Below, piece by piece: positions 29,018 through 37,621 of a stretch of 64,000 nt of DNA. How positions within the stretch are numbered: the stretch's first letter is position 1; each line of letters begins with the position of its first letter. The position numbers and the translations under genes are program-made. The notes beneath the pieces are model-generated. The model had not been told where the DNA came from. It worked only from the letters and a program-made list of their open reading frames with translations, and did no database searches. Where the stretch lies: contig JAPLED010000129.1 in assembly GCA_026391475.1 (NCBI GenBank), positions 95,902-159,901 on the forward strand, read 5' to 3'. The DNA is from Bacteroidia bacterium. Lineage in GTDB: Bacteria > Bacteroidota > Bacteroidia > Bacteroidales > VadinHA17.

Positions 29018-30076
29018 TCACTTATTCCAATCCCTTAAGTATATTTCAAGGGAACTTCCGCTGAAAATTGTCCGTGATAATAGCGTCCCGTGTATCAGAG
29101 GTGCCTTCACTCCTCCTTTAAAATAATTTTCCCCGGTAAAAACTCTCGCCTCATCCCACAACCCGTTTGAAATAAAATGATTCAGCACTTTTGCCCCTCC
29201 TTCAATTAATAGTGATTGAATACCTGCACTGAACAGGTATTCGGCAATCTGTAAGGCAGAAGGTACATTATCATTCAATTTCACTTTTACCGCTTTTGCG
29301 ATGTTTGCATTCATATTATGAGTAAACACAACAACTGTGCTATTTGTTTCATTTACAATTGATTCTTTATTGAGTGATCCTGAACTACTAAGGATTATTC
29401 TTAAAGGATGAGTTCCCTTCCATTCCCTTACATTGAGACTTGGATCATCTGCTCTTACAGTACCGGCACCGACAAGAATTGCCTGTTCAGATGCTCTCCA
29501 TTTATGAACCAGAACTCTTTCAGGTTTGCCTGTTATCCAGGTTGGTTCAGTTTTATGATCTTCAGATCTTGAAATATCCAAATATCCATCAGCACTTTGT
29601 GCCCATTTAAGGGTTATATAAGGCCTCTTTTTCTCATGAAAGGTAAAAAACCGCCTGTTGAGTCTTCTGCATTCATCTTCAACCACTCCGGTTATGACCT
29701 CACAACCTGCATCCCGGAGCCTGATCAATCCTTGTCCCGATACCTTTTCACTTGTATCAACGGTTCCGATAATTACGCGGGGAATTGAATTAGAAATAAT
29801 AAAATCTGCACAGGGGGATGTCTTCCCAAAATGAGAACAGGGTTCAAGGTTTACGTAAAGCGTTGAAGATTTCAACTTTGCTTTCTCAGAAACAGCGTTA
29901 ATGGCATTAACCTCTGCATGAGGCTCGCCTGCTTTGAGATGGTAACCCTCTCCTACAATTTTGCCATCATGCACAATTACGGAACCTACCATAGGATTAG
30001 GATAAGTCAAACCCTCGGCTTTGGAGGCCAGTTCGAGGCATCTTCTCATGAATTTAATATCATTTTTCTCCGCCAT
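29018..30076 (-). CDS. ribD: bifunctional riboflavin biosynthesis deaminase/reductase RibD
   Basis: 352 aa. Deaminase zinc motifs HAEV and PCSHFGKTSPC, then the reductase domain. Confidence 0.9.
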   Translation of the reverse strand: MAEKNDIKFMRRCLELASKAEGLTYPNPMVGSVIVHDGKIVGEGYHLKAGEPHAEVNAINAVSEKAKLKSSTLYVNLEPCSHFGKTSPCADFIISNSIPRVIIGTVDTSEKVSGQGLIRLRDAGCEVITGVVEDECRRLNRRFFTFHEKKRPYITLKWAQSADGYLDISRSEDHKTEPTWITGKPERVLVHKWRASEQAILVGAGTVRADDPSLNVREWKGTHPLRIILSSSGSLNKESIVNETNSTVVVFTHNMNANIAKAVKVKLNDNVPSALQIAEYLFSAGIQSLLIEGGAKVLNHFISNGLWDEARVFTGENYFKGGVKAPLIHGTLLSRTIFSGSSLEIYLRDWNK

Positions 30077-30102
30077 TACGATGAAAATGCTAAATTTGAC
30101 TT

Positions 30103-30969
30103 ATGGGTGTTAATATACAAACAATAAAAGATATCAGGTTTTATCTTGCAAAGGAACTTGAAAAAATATATCAGGAACAGGAAATAAGCGCCCTTGCCAA
30201 TATAATCATTAAGACTGTTATTGGCATCACAAAGATGCCTCAGCTTTATATGACAGAACAAATAGTTACCAAGCGGCAGGCGGGAAGAATTATCGATATC
30301 TGCAAAGAGCTTAAAACCGGAAAACCTATCCAATATATCCTGGGTGAGACCAGTTTTTACGATTGTGTCATCAGAGTAACCAGTGCGACACTTATTCCTC
30401 GTCCCGAGACAGAGGAGCTGGTTGATCTTATCATCAGGGAAAACAGGGGCTATCAGGGAACGATTATTGATATCGGGACAGGCTCGGGCTGCATAGCTGT
30501 TGCCCTTGCAGCAAATCTGCCAGGTGCGGTAGTTACAGGAATAGATATCTCGGATGAGGCCATCAGGACAGCCCGGGAAAATGCACAATTAAATAATGTG
30601 ACAGTCTCGTTTGTGAAAGGTGATGTTTTCAGCTTTGATTCTGAAAGAGTTGATAAGGCAGGTATCATTGTCAGCAATCCGCCTTATGTCCGCAATTCGG
30701 AAAAACAATTTATGAGCAAAAACGTACTTGATTTTGAGCCTCATCCGGCCCTTTTTGTAACCGACTCCGATCCTCTTATATATTATCGTGCCATACTTAA
30801 GTTTGCAAACAAAATTCTTAAACACAGAGGCAGGTTGTATTTTGAGATCAATGAAGCGATGGGGAAATCAATGGTACAGTTACTTGAATCATCCGGATAT
30901 ACGGAGATACAAATTGTTGCAGATATTAATAGTAAGGAGAGAATAATTAAAGGAATAAAAGATGTCTGA
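30103..30969 (+). CDS. prmC: release factor glutamine N5-methyltransferase PrmC
   Basis: 288 aa. SAM motif DIGTGSGCIA and NPPY. Confidence 0.88.
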   Translation: MGVNIQTIKDIRFYLAKELEKIYQEQEISALANIIIKTVIGITKMPQLYMTEQIVTKRQAGRIIDICKELKTGKPIQYILGETSFYDCVIRVTSATLIPRPETEELVDLIIRENRGYQGTIIDIGTGSGCIAVALAANLPGAVVTGIDISDEAIRTARENAQLNNVTVSFVKGDVFSFDSERVDKAGIIVSNPPYVRNSEKQFMSKNVLDFEPHPALFVTDSDPLIYYRAILKFANKILKHRGRLYFEINEAMGKSMVQLLESSGYTEIQIVADINSKERIIKGIKDV

Positions 30970-31429
30970 AAATGCCCTGTTCAAAACTACCCTCTCAAAA
31001 GCGATGGCCCAGTGCTCCCATCGGGAATTCTGTTGTAGTGAAATACGGACTAAACTATATTCGTGGGGCATGGGCGATATTGATAGTGAGAAAATTATAA
31101 GCATGCTGATAAAAGAAAACTTTATAAATGAAGATCGGTTTGCACAGGCTTTTGTGAAAGATAAATTCAATTACAATAAATGGGGCAAGGTTAAGATTGC
31201 TGCTCACCTCAGGATAAAAAATATTCCCGGGGATATTATAAGAACAGCTCTGGATGCCATTGATAATGAACTTTATAAAAAGACATTAAGTGATTTAATA
31301 TCCGGTCATCGCCGGTTTGTCAAAGCCAAAAACCAGTATGATCTGAAAGCCAGGCTTTTAAGATACGGTTTATCAAAAGGATTCGAAAGCAGTCTACTCT
31401 ATGATATTCTGAAGGATACTGAAGATTGA
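30962..31429 (+). CDS. recX: RecX family regulatory protein
   Basis: 155 aa helical-repeat protein. Overlaps the prmC stop by 8 nt. Confidence 0.7.
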   Translation: MSENALFKTTLSKAMAQCSHREFCCSEIRTKLYSWGMGDIDSEKIISMLIKENFINEDRFAQAFVKDKFNYNKWGKVKIAAHLRIKNIPGDIIRTALDAIDNELYKKTLSDLISGHRRFVKAKNQYDLKARLLRYGLSKGFESSLLYDILKDTED

Positions 31430-31442
31430 TATTTTCATAATT

Positions 31443-31622
31443 GGGGTTGTCTAAAAACTGTTATCAACCACCCCGTCATGACCCTGCGGTCATGACACCC
31501 CTCCTTTTCAAAGGAGGGGAAACTATTGAAATACAATATTTTAACTTTCTCCTCCTCTTCAGAGGAGCCTGCCTGCCGGTAGGCAGGGAGTACCCCGACG
31601 GTACCGTCGGAGGGAGGTGGTG
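31443..31622. repeat. GC-rich block of five consecutive stem-loops with a possible closing helix
   Basis: Hairpins 31475-31496 (gtcatgac stem), 31498-31519 (9 bp, ttca loop), 31552-31567 (ctcctc/gaggag, ttca loop), 31572-31587 (cctgcc/ggcagg, ggta loop), 31595-31610 (ccgacg/cgtcgg). accacccc (31467-31474) can pair with gggaggtggt (31612-31621). Confidence 0.7.
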
Positions 31623-31657
31623 GGCTTTCAATACAACCTCTAAGGAATTGTTGTCAA

Positions 31658-32146
31658 TTATAAAATTTCTGAAATTATGCTTGCTATAAACGGCCAGAAA
31701 GAGATCAGAAAGATCAGGCCGGAGCCAATACAATCAATAATTATCAATTGTTTGCGGGTGTCGGGGTACCACAGATAGAATATCGAAAATACCACCCTTA
31801 GAATAAGTTGCGAAGCGAAGAAAAGGAACACTCGCATCCCATAGAGATTCCATTGGTATGCTTCATCGATCCTCCCTCTTACTATCAAAGAAAAACTATG
31901 CGACAACCCGCATGAGAAACATGGTTCCCCTGTAAGTTTTTCATGTAAACAGATAACAGGATAATTATCCTTTTCAGGAGAAAAAAAGCCGGAGTATGCG
32001 ATAATCAGCAATATTACTCCGGCAAAAAAAATATTAATAATAAGGTAAGGCTCATTTCTGAGACTTACCTTTAAGTTCTGTTCAGCACTACTTTTTCTTT
32101 TGTAAAGTATCATCCTTCTGAGTGTTTCCACTTTCAAGATCTTCAA
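31658..32146 (-). CDS. DUF2752 family membrane protein
   Basis: TGEPCFSCGLSHS cysteine motif followed by TM helices. The start may be the internal Met at 32113. Confidence 0.65.
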   Translation of the reverse strand: MKILKVETLRRMILYKRKSSAEQNLKVSLRNEPYLIINIFFAGVILLIIAYSGFFSPEKDNYPVICLHEKLTGEPCFSCGLSHSFSLIVRGRIDEAYQWNLYGMRVFLFFASQLILRVVFSIFYLWYPDTRKQLIIIDCIGSGLIFLISFWPFIASIISEIL

Positions 32147-32579
32147 GCTTCTGCTCTTGATCCTTTTTATTTGAACTGGCGTTTATTTCAACTTTTTCAC
32201 CATTACTCTCAACCTTTATTGAGATATTCGCATCTTCAAGATCCTTAATAACATTATCCTGAACATCATTAATAATATTATGAATGTTGCCTGACCATTT
32301 GTCAGCACTCTTTGCGAACTTACCGGCTACAAATACCTGTGAAAATGAGATCATCGAAGCAATTATCGCAATTATCAGCCCGGCAAATAACACCCCGCGC
32401 GGCGCGTTATTTCTTGCAGCCTGAGAAAGGCCAACGGATGCGAGAACAATAGCGATAATCCCGGGGATAATTGCAATCAGACCCACACAAGGAATAACTG
32501 CAATGACAAAAGCTATTATAGCTGTAATGAGAGCAGCAATCCCCATATTTTGTCCTGTGTTATTTTTTATATCTTCCAT
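32088..32579 (-). CDS. small membrane protein (DUF4190-like N-terminus) with charged C-terminal domain
   Basis: 163 aa. Three Ile/Ala-rich TM helices, then a soluble K/D/E-rich tail. Confidence 0.55.
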   Translation of the reverse strand: MEDIKNNTGQNMGIAALITAIIAFVIAVIPCVGLIAIIPGIIAIVLASVGLSQAARNNAPRGVLFAGLIIAIIASMISFSQVFVAGKFAKSADKWSGNIHNIINDVQDNVIKDLEDANISIKVESNGEKVEINASSNKKDQEQKLEDLESGNTQKDDTLQKKK

Positions 32580-32599
32580 GATATTAAAATTATTTGTTA

Positions 32600-33175
32600 T
32601 TATTCATTCCTGGTAAGGATGTTAACCATATCCTGCTCTAAAGACGTCGTTGGATTTTCAATGATGCGTCCGGCTTCAATATTATTTTTATAAATAATAA
32701 ATGTTGGTACCCGTTGGATATCCAGTTTGTCGTATTCTTCTACCGGTGATGATTTTGCATTATCAACCCCGATAAATGTTACCATCGAAACCGGGAACTT
32801 CCAGATATCGAGAATCCTCATAAACCGGGGAACCTCTCTTCTGCTGTCGGGGCACCATGTTCCCATCACGATTTTTATGGTCAGGTTATCCTTGCTTATA
32901 TCCTGTAATTTATTGATTACCTCACTACTAAACTGATATCCATCGTATCCCTTAATATACCAACTGGAATAAGGTGCCTGGGTCAGTCTGCTGAGATTGA
33001 AATATCCGAGTACCCAGGTGGATTGATCGGAGAAATTAATTGCCGGAGGGGCAACATCTGTAACGGGTACCGGTGTCTGTGTTACCTCCGGTCTTATCTC
33101 AGCAGCAGGTTTAATTGTTTTGCACCCGCTGATGCTAGCCAGAAGTAAAATTAGCAGAAAAGAAATATTTTTCAT
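32600..33175 (-). CDS. thioredoxin-fold lipoprotein with CxxS motif
   Basis: 191 aa. Lipobox LLLASISGC. GTWCPDSRREVP (single-Cys CPDS motif). Confidence 0.7.
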   Translation of the reverse strand: MKNISFLLILLLASISGCKTIKPAAEIRPEVTQTPVPVTDVAPPAINFSDQSTWVLGYFNLSRLTQAPYSSWYIKGYDGYQFSSEVINKLQDISKDNLTIKIVMGTWCPDSRREVPRFMRILDIWKFPVSMVTFIGVDNAKSSPVEEYDKLDIQRVPTFIIYKNNIEAGRIIENPTTSLEQDMVNILTRNE

Positions 33176-33327
33176 TTATGACAATTTAGGGAATACAAAT
33201 TAAAGGGATTTTTTCATCATATTATAATTGTTTTTAATGGTATGATGTAACTCGACCCGATGCATCGGGGCTCGGTTAAAATGCAGATAACAAATCAGCA
33301 AGAATATGCTTTGAACTAAATCTGAAA

Positions 33328-34974
33328 TTAACTATCCGATTTTTTTATCCGATTTGTATAGTATATTGAAATGCCAATGGAAATTGCAGCAAGAAAAAGT
33401 AATGCTAACACCCTGAAGATTATCTCGATTCTGGCCAGGTCAACTATGAAAAGATAAAAAGCGGCACAGATCATGGTTCCCAGTGCCATATATCTGTATT
33501 TTACATTTTTAAGGATAAAACTAAGTAAGAAATAAAGAAGTGCTGCCATTGTCCATGAAAGTGTCACAAATTGTCTGGGAACAGCATGAAATAAAGCATA
33601 TAATACCATAAAAAAACCTTCGATCAGATATAGGTTTCTTATCAGGTCTGTTTGTATTTGTAACCGTGACCTCTTCCAGTTAATTATTCTTGCAGAAATA
33701 AGGGCAATCAGTGCAAAAGAAAAATTAACTCCATCGATAGATTTTGATGACAAAAAATATACAATAAGGATTACCATGAAAAGGAGGCTATTCATAATCA
33801 CTATCAGCCTGTTGCGAAACCAAAGTGCCATAGAAACCACGATCAGACTTTGAACCGAAAGAAGCAAATAAACCCGCGGGAGTCCAAAGAGTCCGTAAAG
33901 AGCAATGCTCATTGCCATAAAACCATAAAGAGCGTAGAAAGCAGATGCAAAATTCCAGTCTGTTTTAGAATGTAAAATCGTTGAATAGATGATACAGCAA
34001 ATAGTTATTATAGCAAAAAGAGCTACATAATCAGTACTAAAGAACCTTAATACTACAAGAAGAAGCAGAATAGTAAATAGTATTCCATTAGCGATTGTTA
34101 CCCCAATCAAAAAATCATCGGAAGATGCATCTCTCTTCCTGAACAATAACATAATGGAAAAGCATGCTCCCAGTCCAAAAAGATAAATGACGCCAAAATG
34201 TTGTTCCGTTATCAACTGCATCGGGTAACCTATTAAAGGATTTCCAAATAGCCACAGGAAGAATGAGATATAGGTAAGAAGAATTGTTACAATAAGTAAA
34301 GGTTCCCAATTAAACCTGTAATAATAATATATAGTCCCGGCAGCTGTCAAAGTCACTAATGGTAGCATGAAATGTGTTGCATCGCCAATGATAGCTGTAG
34401 TCAAGGCAAAAAACACAGATAAAGCGGCAAAAGCCTGCGATTTATTGCGGATTGAAAAATATGCCTGGATCGCAACAAGTAACAGTAAGATAATAACAGA
34501 TATAGTTTTATTAGAGATTACCGGTGAAGCTGAAAAAAAATGTAATTTGAGGGTTATATAGAAGAGAAGTATCTGAGCATTCATCTTAAACATAAATGCC
34601 AGGTGAACGTTAGTTTTCTTTAAATAATTTGCCAGAAAAAAAATTGATGCAGCTGCAATGTAACCAAGAATAATTGATAAAAACCGGTGCCCCAGAATCA
34701 TCAGATATTGTGTCAGGAAGGAGATACCAAATAGCAAAACTATATTGCCTAACCATGCCAGGCCAAATCTTCCGATCTGCGATTCAAGCCCCTTTTCATC
34801 ATCATTAAATGTATCTGAATTCCGCGATGGATCAACTGTTTGAACCTGCTCTTCTGATCTGTATGCGTTTTTATTGTCAGCGATTATCAGAGCTGATTCC
34901 AACCTGCTCAGGCGAAGTTCTATCGATTGGAGTCGTTTGCCAATTTTTTCCAGTTTATTATCCTGATCTGCCAC
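33328..34974 (-). CDS. DUF2339 family polytopic membrane protein
   Basis: 548 aa. N-terminal coiled-coil-like segment (LSRLESAL), then many TM helices. The start lies 15 nt after the nrfD-like stop. Confidence 0.65.
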   Translation of the reverse strand: MADQDNKLEKIGKRLQSIELRLSRLESALIIADNKNAYRSEEQVQTVDPSRNSDTFNDDEKGLESQIGRFGLAWLGNIVLLFGISFLTQYLMILGHRFLSIILGYIAAASIFFLANYLKKTNVHLAFMFKMNAQILLFYITLKLHFFSASPVISNKTISVIILLLLVAIQAYFSIRNKSQAFAALSVFFALTTAIIGDATHFMLPLVTLTAAGTIYYYYRFNWEPLLIVTILLTYISFFLWLFGNPLIGYPMQLITEQHFGVIYLFGLGACFSIMLLFRKRDASSDDFLIGVTIANGILFTILLLLVVLRFFSTDYVALFAIITICCIIYSTILHSKTDWNFASAFYALYGFMAMSIALYGLFGLPRVYLLLSVQSLIVVSMALWFRNRLIVIMNSLLFMVILIVYFLSSKSIDGVNFSFALIALISARIINWKRSRLQIQTDLIRNLYLIEGFFMVLYALFHAVPRQFVTLSWTMAALLYFLLSFILKNVKYRYMALGTMICAAFYLFIVDLARIEIIFRVLALLFLAAISIGISIYYTNRIKKSDS

Positions 34975-34989
34975 GGCAAATAATTATAA

Positions 34990-36186
34990 CTATTCTTCCT
35001 CTTCCACCATTTTCCAGGGGGGCAATAACCATAAAAGAAATGCAAGTATCCCTATTGGAAGTACAAGCCAGAATGCGGCCATCAGCGTTCCGTCGAGACC
35101 AATAAGCCCAACCTTAAAACTTGTAAATCCGGAAAAACTTTTTGAGAATAACTGTCCTCCGATGACAACATTCCACCTCATTGAATAAACCCCGATCAGA
35201 ACCAGTATGCTCACAATGAAATACATAGTTTTACGTAGTTTTATCTTATGCTTGTAGAATTGCAGGAAAGCAAGTGTAATAAGCGGAATAATTGTCCCCA
35301 CCAGTCCTTGTGCAACAAAAAGAGTAAGGTATAATTTCCCCGAAACCAGCAATTTTATGATTTCAAATGATTCTTCGGCCTCATAAATCCTTTGTATCTG
35401 ATCGAGGCCTTCAAGAGTAAAGTCAAGAATTAATACGAAGAAGAGATACTTCCCTATTGCATCCAGCACATTCACATCAATGACTTTCTTTCGGATATGT
35501 GATATTACCATATAAACCAACATGACCAGGGAAATTCCTGATACCATCGCCGAAAAGAGGAAAATAATCGGCATAAGAGGCGTTGACCACCAGGGATTTG
35601 CTTTAATGGATCCGAAAATAAATCCTACATAACCATGTAAAATAAAAGCAGACGGAATTCCTACTACTGTAATAATATATCCGAGTTTCCTGTCCCATTT
35701 GACTGTTCTTGGAGATATATCGCTTACTCCAAGTGTAAGAATTTTATAAACCCACTTCATTACTCCCTTTTTCTCATTCGACCATACAACCATACTATGC
35801 CGGTAGTCGAACCATATTTCAAGTAATAGCACGACCATCAGATACCACAGATAAACAAAACCAAAGATCGCCATTGCTGAAGATGAATGGGGGGTTATCA
35901 TAATTTCATAGGCTCTCTGTGGTTGTGATAGATGACTGATTAATGGCATCGTTGCAACCAACAGAAATGAAAGGGCTGTCAGAAGTGCAATCTGGTATGT
36001 GGGTTTCAGAATTTTTACCTTGAAAACCCTCTCAAGCGATGCAAGTATGAAAGCTCCGGCAACAAGCCCTGTTATAAATGGGTAGACAACAATCAGAATT
36101 CCCCATTGCAGATCAATTTCATTCGGGAAAATATAACCTTGTGCATTGGCAAGAATTTCATACAAATGTTGGTAATGTGGTTCCAT
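34990..36186 (-). CDS. NrfD/PsrC-family integral membrane quinone-interacting subunit
   Basis: 398 aa, about 10 TM helices. Sits immediately downstream of the FeS subunit. Confidence 0.8.
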   Translation of the reverse strand: MEPHYQHLYEILANAQGYIFPNEIDLQWGILIVVYPFITGLVAGAFILASLERVFKVKILKPTYQIALLTALSFLLVATMPLISHLSQPQRAYEIMITPHSSSAMAIFGFVYLWYLMVVLLLEIWFDYRHSMVVWSNEKKGVMKWVYKILTLGVSDISPRTVKWDRKLGYIITVVGIPSAFILHGYVGFIFGSIKANPWWSTPLMPIIFLFSAMVSGISLVMLVYMVISHIRKKVIDVNVLDAIGKYLFFVLILDFTLEGLDQIQRIYEAEESFEIIKLLVSGKLYLTLFVAQGLVGTIIPLITLAFLQFYKHKIKLRKTMYFIVSILVLIGVYSMRWNVVIGGQLFSKSFSGFTSFKVGLIGLDGTLMAAFWLVLPIGILAFLLWLLPPWKMVEEEE

Positions 36187-36187
36187 A

Positions 36188-36976
36188 TTATCTTACCTCC
36201 GAACTTAGTGCGTTATAATATAATTTTGCGCCGGTATTCAGGTTGGGTCTAAGTACTTGCGTCGTATGCTCTTTCAAAAATTTAACCAGTTCACTGTTTT
36301 TATCCCTCAGATTACCGTACATCCTGGCGCCGGTCGGACAAACTTCCATGCAGGCCGGTGTAAGATTCTTCTTCAACCGGTGATAGCACAGGGTGCATTT
36401 ATTTGCAACTTTCTTCACAGGATGAATAAACCTGCAGCCATATGGACATGCCTGTACGCAATACCTGCATCCGATACAATATTTTTCATCTATAAGTACG
36501 ACACCCTCCGGGCTATCATAGGTTGCACCTACCGGACAAACCTGAATACAAGGTGATTTTGAACAGTGGTTACACATCTTTGGAACAAAAAAGGATTTAA
36601 AGATATCCTCATCAGGGACAGTCTGCTCAAAACCATCAATCCCTCCATTTGGGGAAACAATATTTACACTGCCATCATTTTTAACTGTATACTGTTCTAT
36701 CCAGGTACGAAAGAAAAATGGTTCGATGGGGACATCATTTTCCTTTTTGCAGGCTTTGGCGCAGCTACCGCATCCTATACACTTTTCAATATCTATTACA
36801 ATCCCATACCATGGCAGACTTTCATCTTTCGGTTCTGCTGCAAAAAGCAAAACCTGCGATGATTTCAGCCATGAATATCCGATTGTGGCACCAGCAAGAG
36901 TTGCTGCCGATTTAAGGAATTTTCTTCTTGATGACTTTATTTTTTCATTTCCCATGGCTGATGTGGATTGTGACAT
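36188..36976 (-). CDS. Tat-exported 4x[4Fe-4S] ferredoxin-type subunit (PsrB/NrfC/HybA family)
   Basis: 262 aa. Twin-arginine signal SRRKFLK. Four Cys clusters (CIGCGSCAKAC, CNHCSKSPCIQVCP, CIGCRYCVQACP, CTLC...CMEVCP). Confidence 0.85.
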   Translation of the reverse strand: MSQSTSAMGNEKIKSSRRKFLKSAATLAGATIGYSWLKSSQVLLFAAEPKDESLPWYGIVIDIEKCIGCGSCAKACKKENDVPIEPFFFRTWIEQYTVKNDGSVNIVSPNGGIDGFEQTVPDEDIFKSFFVPKMCNHCSKSPCIQVCPVGATYDSPEGVVLIDEKYCIGCRYCVQACPYGCRFIHPVKKVANKCTLCYHRLKKNLTPACMEVCPTGARMYGNLRDKNSELVKFLKEHTTQVLRPNLNTGAKLYYNALSSEVR

Positions 36977-37401
36977 TCTATGCAGTTCTTACCAATATTG
37001 TGTTTTTTAAGGTCAACCTGAAATACAGCATTTTTTTGTTTTGCTGCATTCATGGCATGACAAAGGCCACAAAATTCTCTGCCTGTCGGTTTTAATATAT
37101 CTGACGATTCTCCGCTTAAAACATGCTTCTGCCCGGGTCCATGACAAGTTTCACAATGTATTTCACTATGAACATCCTGTGCTTTCAGATCCTGAATATC
37201 CTGATGACATTCAAAGCAAGCTTGTTGTCCCGCATAATGAATTTCAGGTTGTGCATTATCAATCAGAGAAGCTCCGCGATAATGACCATACTGTCCGAAA
37301 GTATCAGGTACAAGAAAATGCCGGAGTACCAGAAAAAGAGAGATAAATATTGCAAAGGCAAGTGCAAGTCGTGTAAGTTGTGGTGGAATATAGAGCTTCA
37401 T
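36937..37401 (-). CDS. membrane-anchored tetrahaem cytochrome c
   Basis: 154 aa. N-terminal TM helix. Four CxxCH motifs (CFECH, CETCH, CGLCH, CIECH). Confidence 0.85.
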   Translation of the reverse strand: MKLYIPPQLTRLALAFAIFISLFLVLRHFLVPDTFGQYGHYRGASLIDNAQPEIHYAGQQACFECHQDIQDLKAQDVHSEIHCETCHGPGQKHVLSGESSDILKPTGREFCGLCHAMNAAKQKNAVFQVDLKKHNIGKNCIECHNPHQPWEMKK

Positions 37402-37621
37402 TTAGATATGAATATTTATTACAAAAATCTATATCAGGATGAAACCAATATATCAATTCTGAAAATAAATATTTTTAAAAAATGATATATATCCACTTAA
37501 TATATAATGGTTCTAAATAGTTTTTTTGTAGATTTTTTTAACAAAATAAACGATAATCCTTTACTGGTAATGAAATGATGCTCTATCGTTAATTAATTCA
37601 CAGTTACTTGCTGAAGCTTTG

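Noticed and set aside
31441-31733. ORFs of 82 and 85 aa spanning the GC-rich hairpin block. Similar ORFs occur at 475-669, 8386-8619, 19561-19815 and 60132-60344.
   Set aside because: These ORFs exist only because GC-rich palindromic or periodic DNA lacks stop codons. Their translations are palindrome-derived (e.g. PLLFKGGE, SDFGLP). The loci are better explained as repeats or RNA structure.
34990-37401. Reading the cytochrome c / FeS / NrfD genes as a nitrite reductase (Nrf) operon or as Alternative Complex III
   Set aside because: There is no NrfA pentahaem reductase, and no large ActB-type fusion, ActD/E/F or pentahaem ActA. Only the generic three-subunit electron-transfer core is present.
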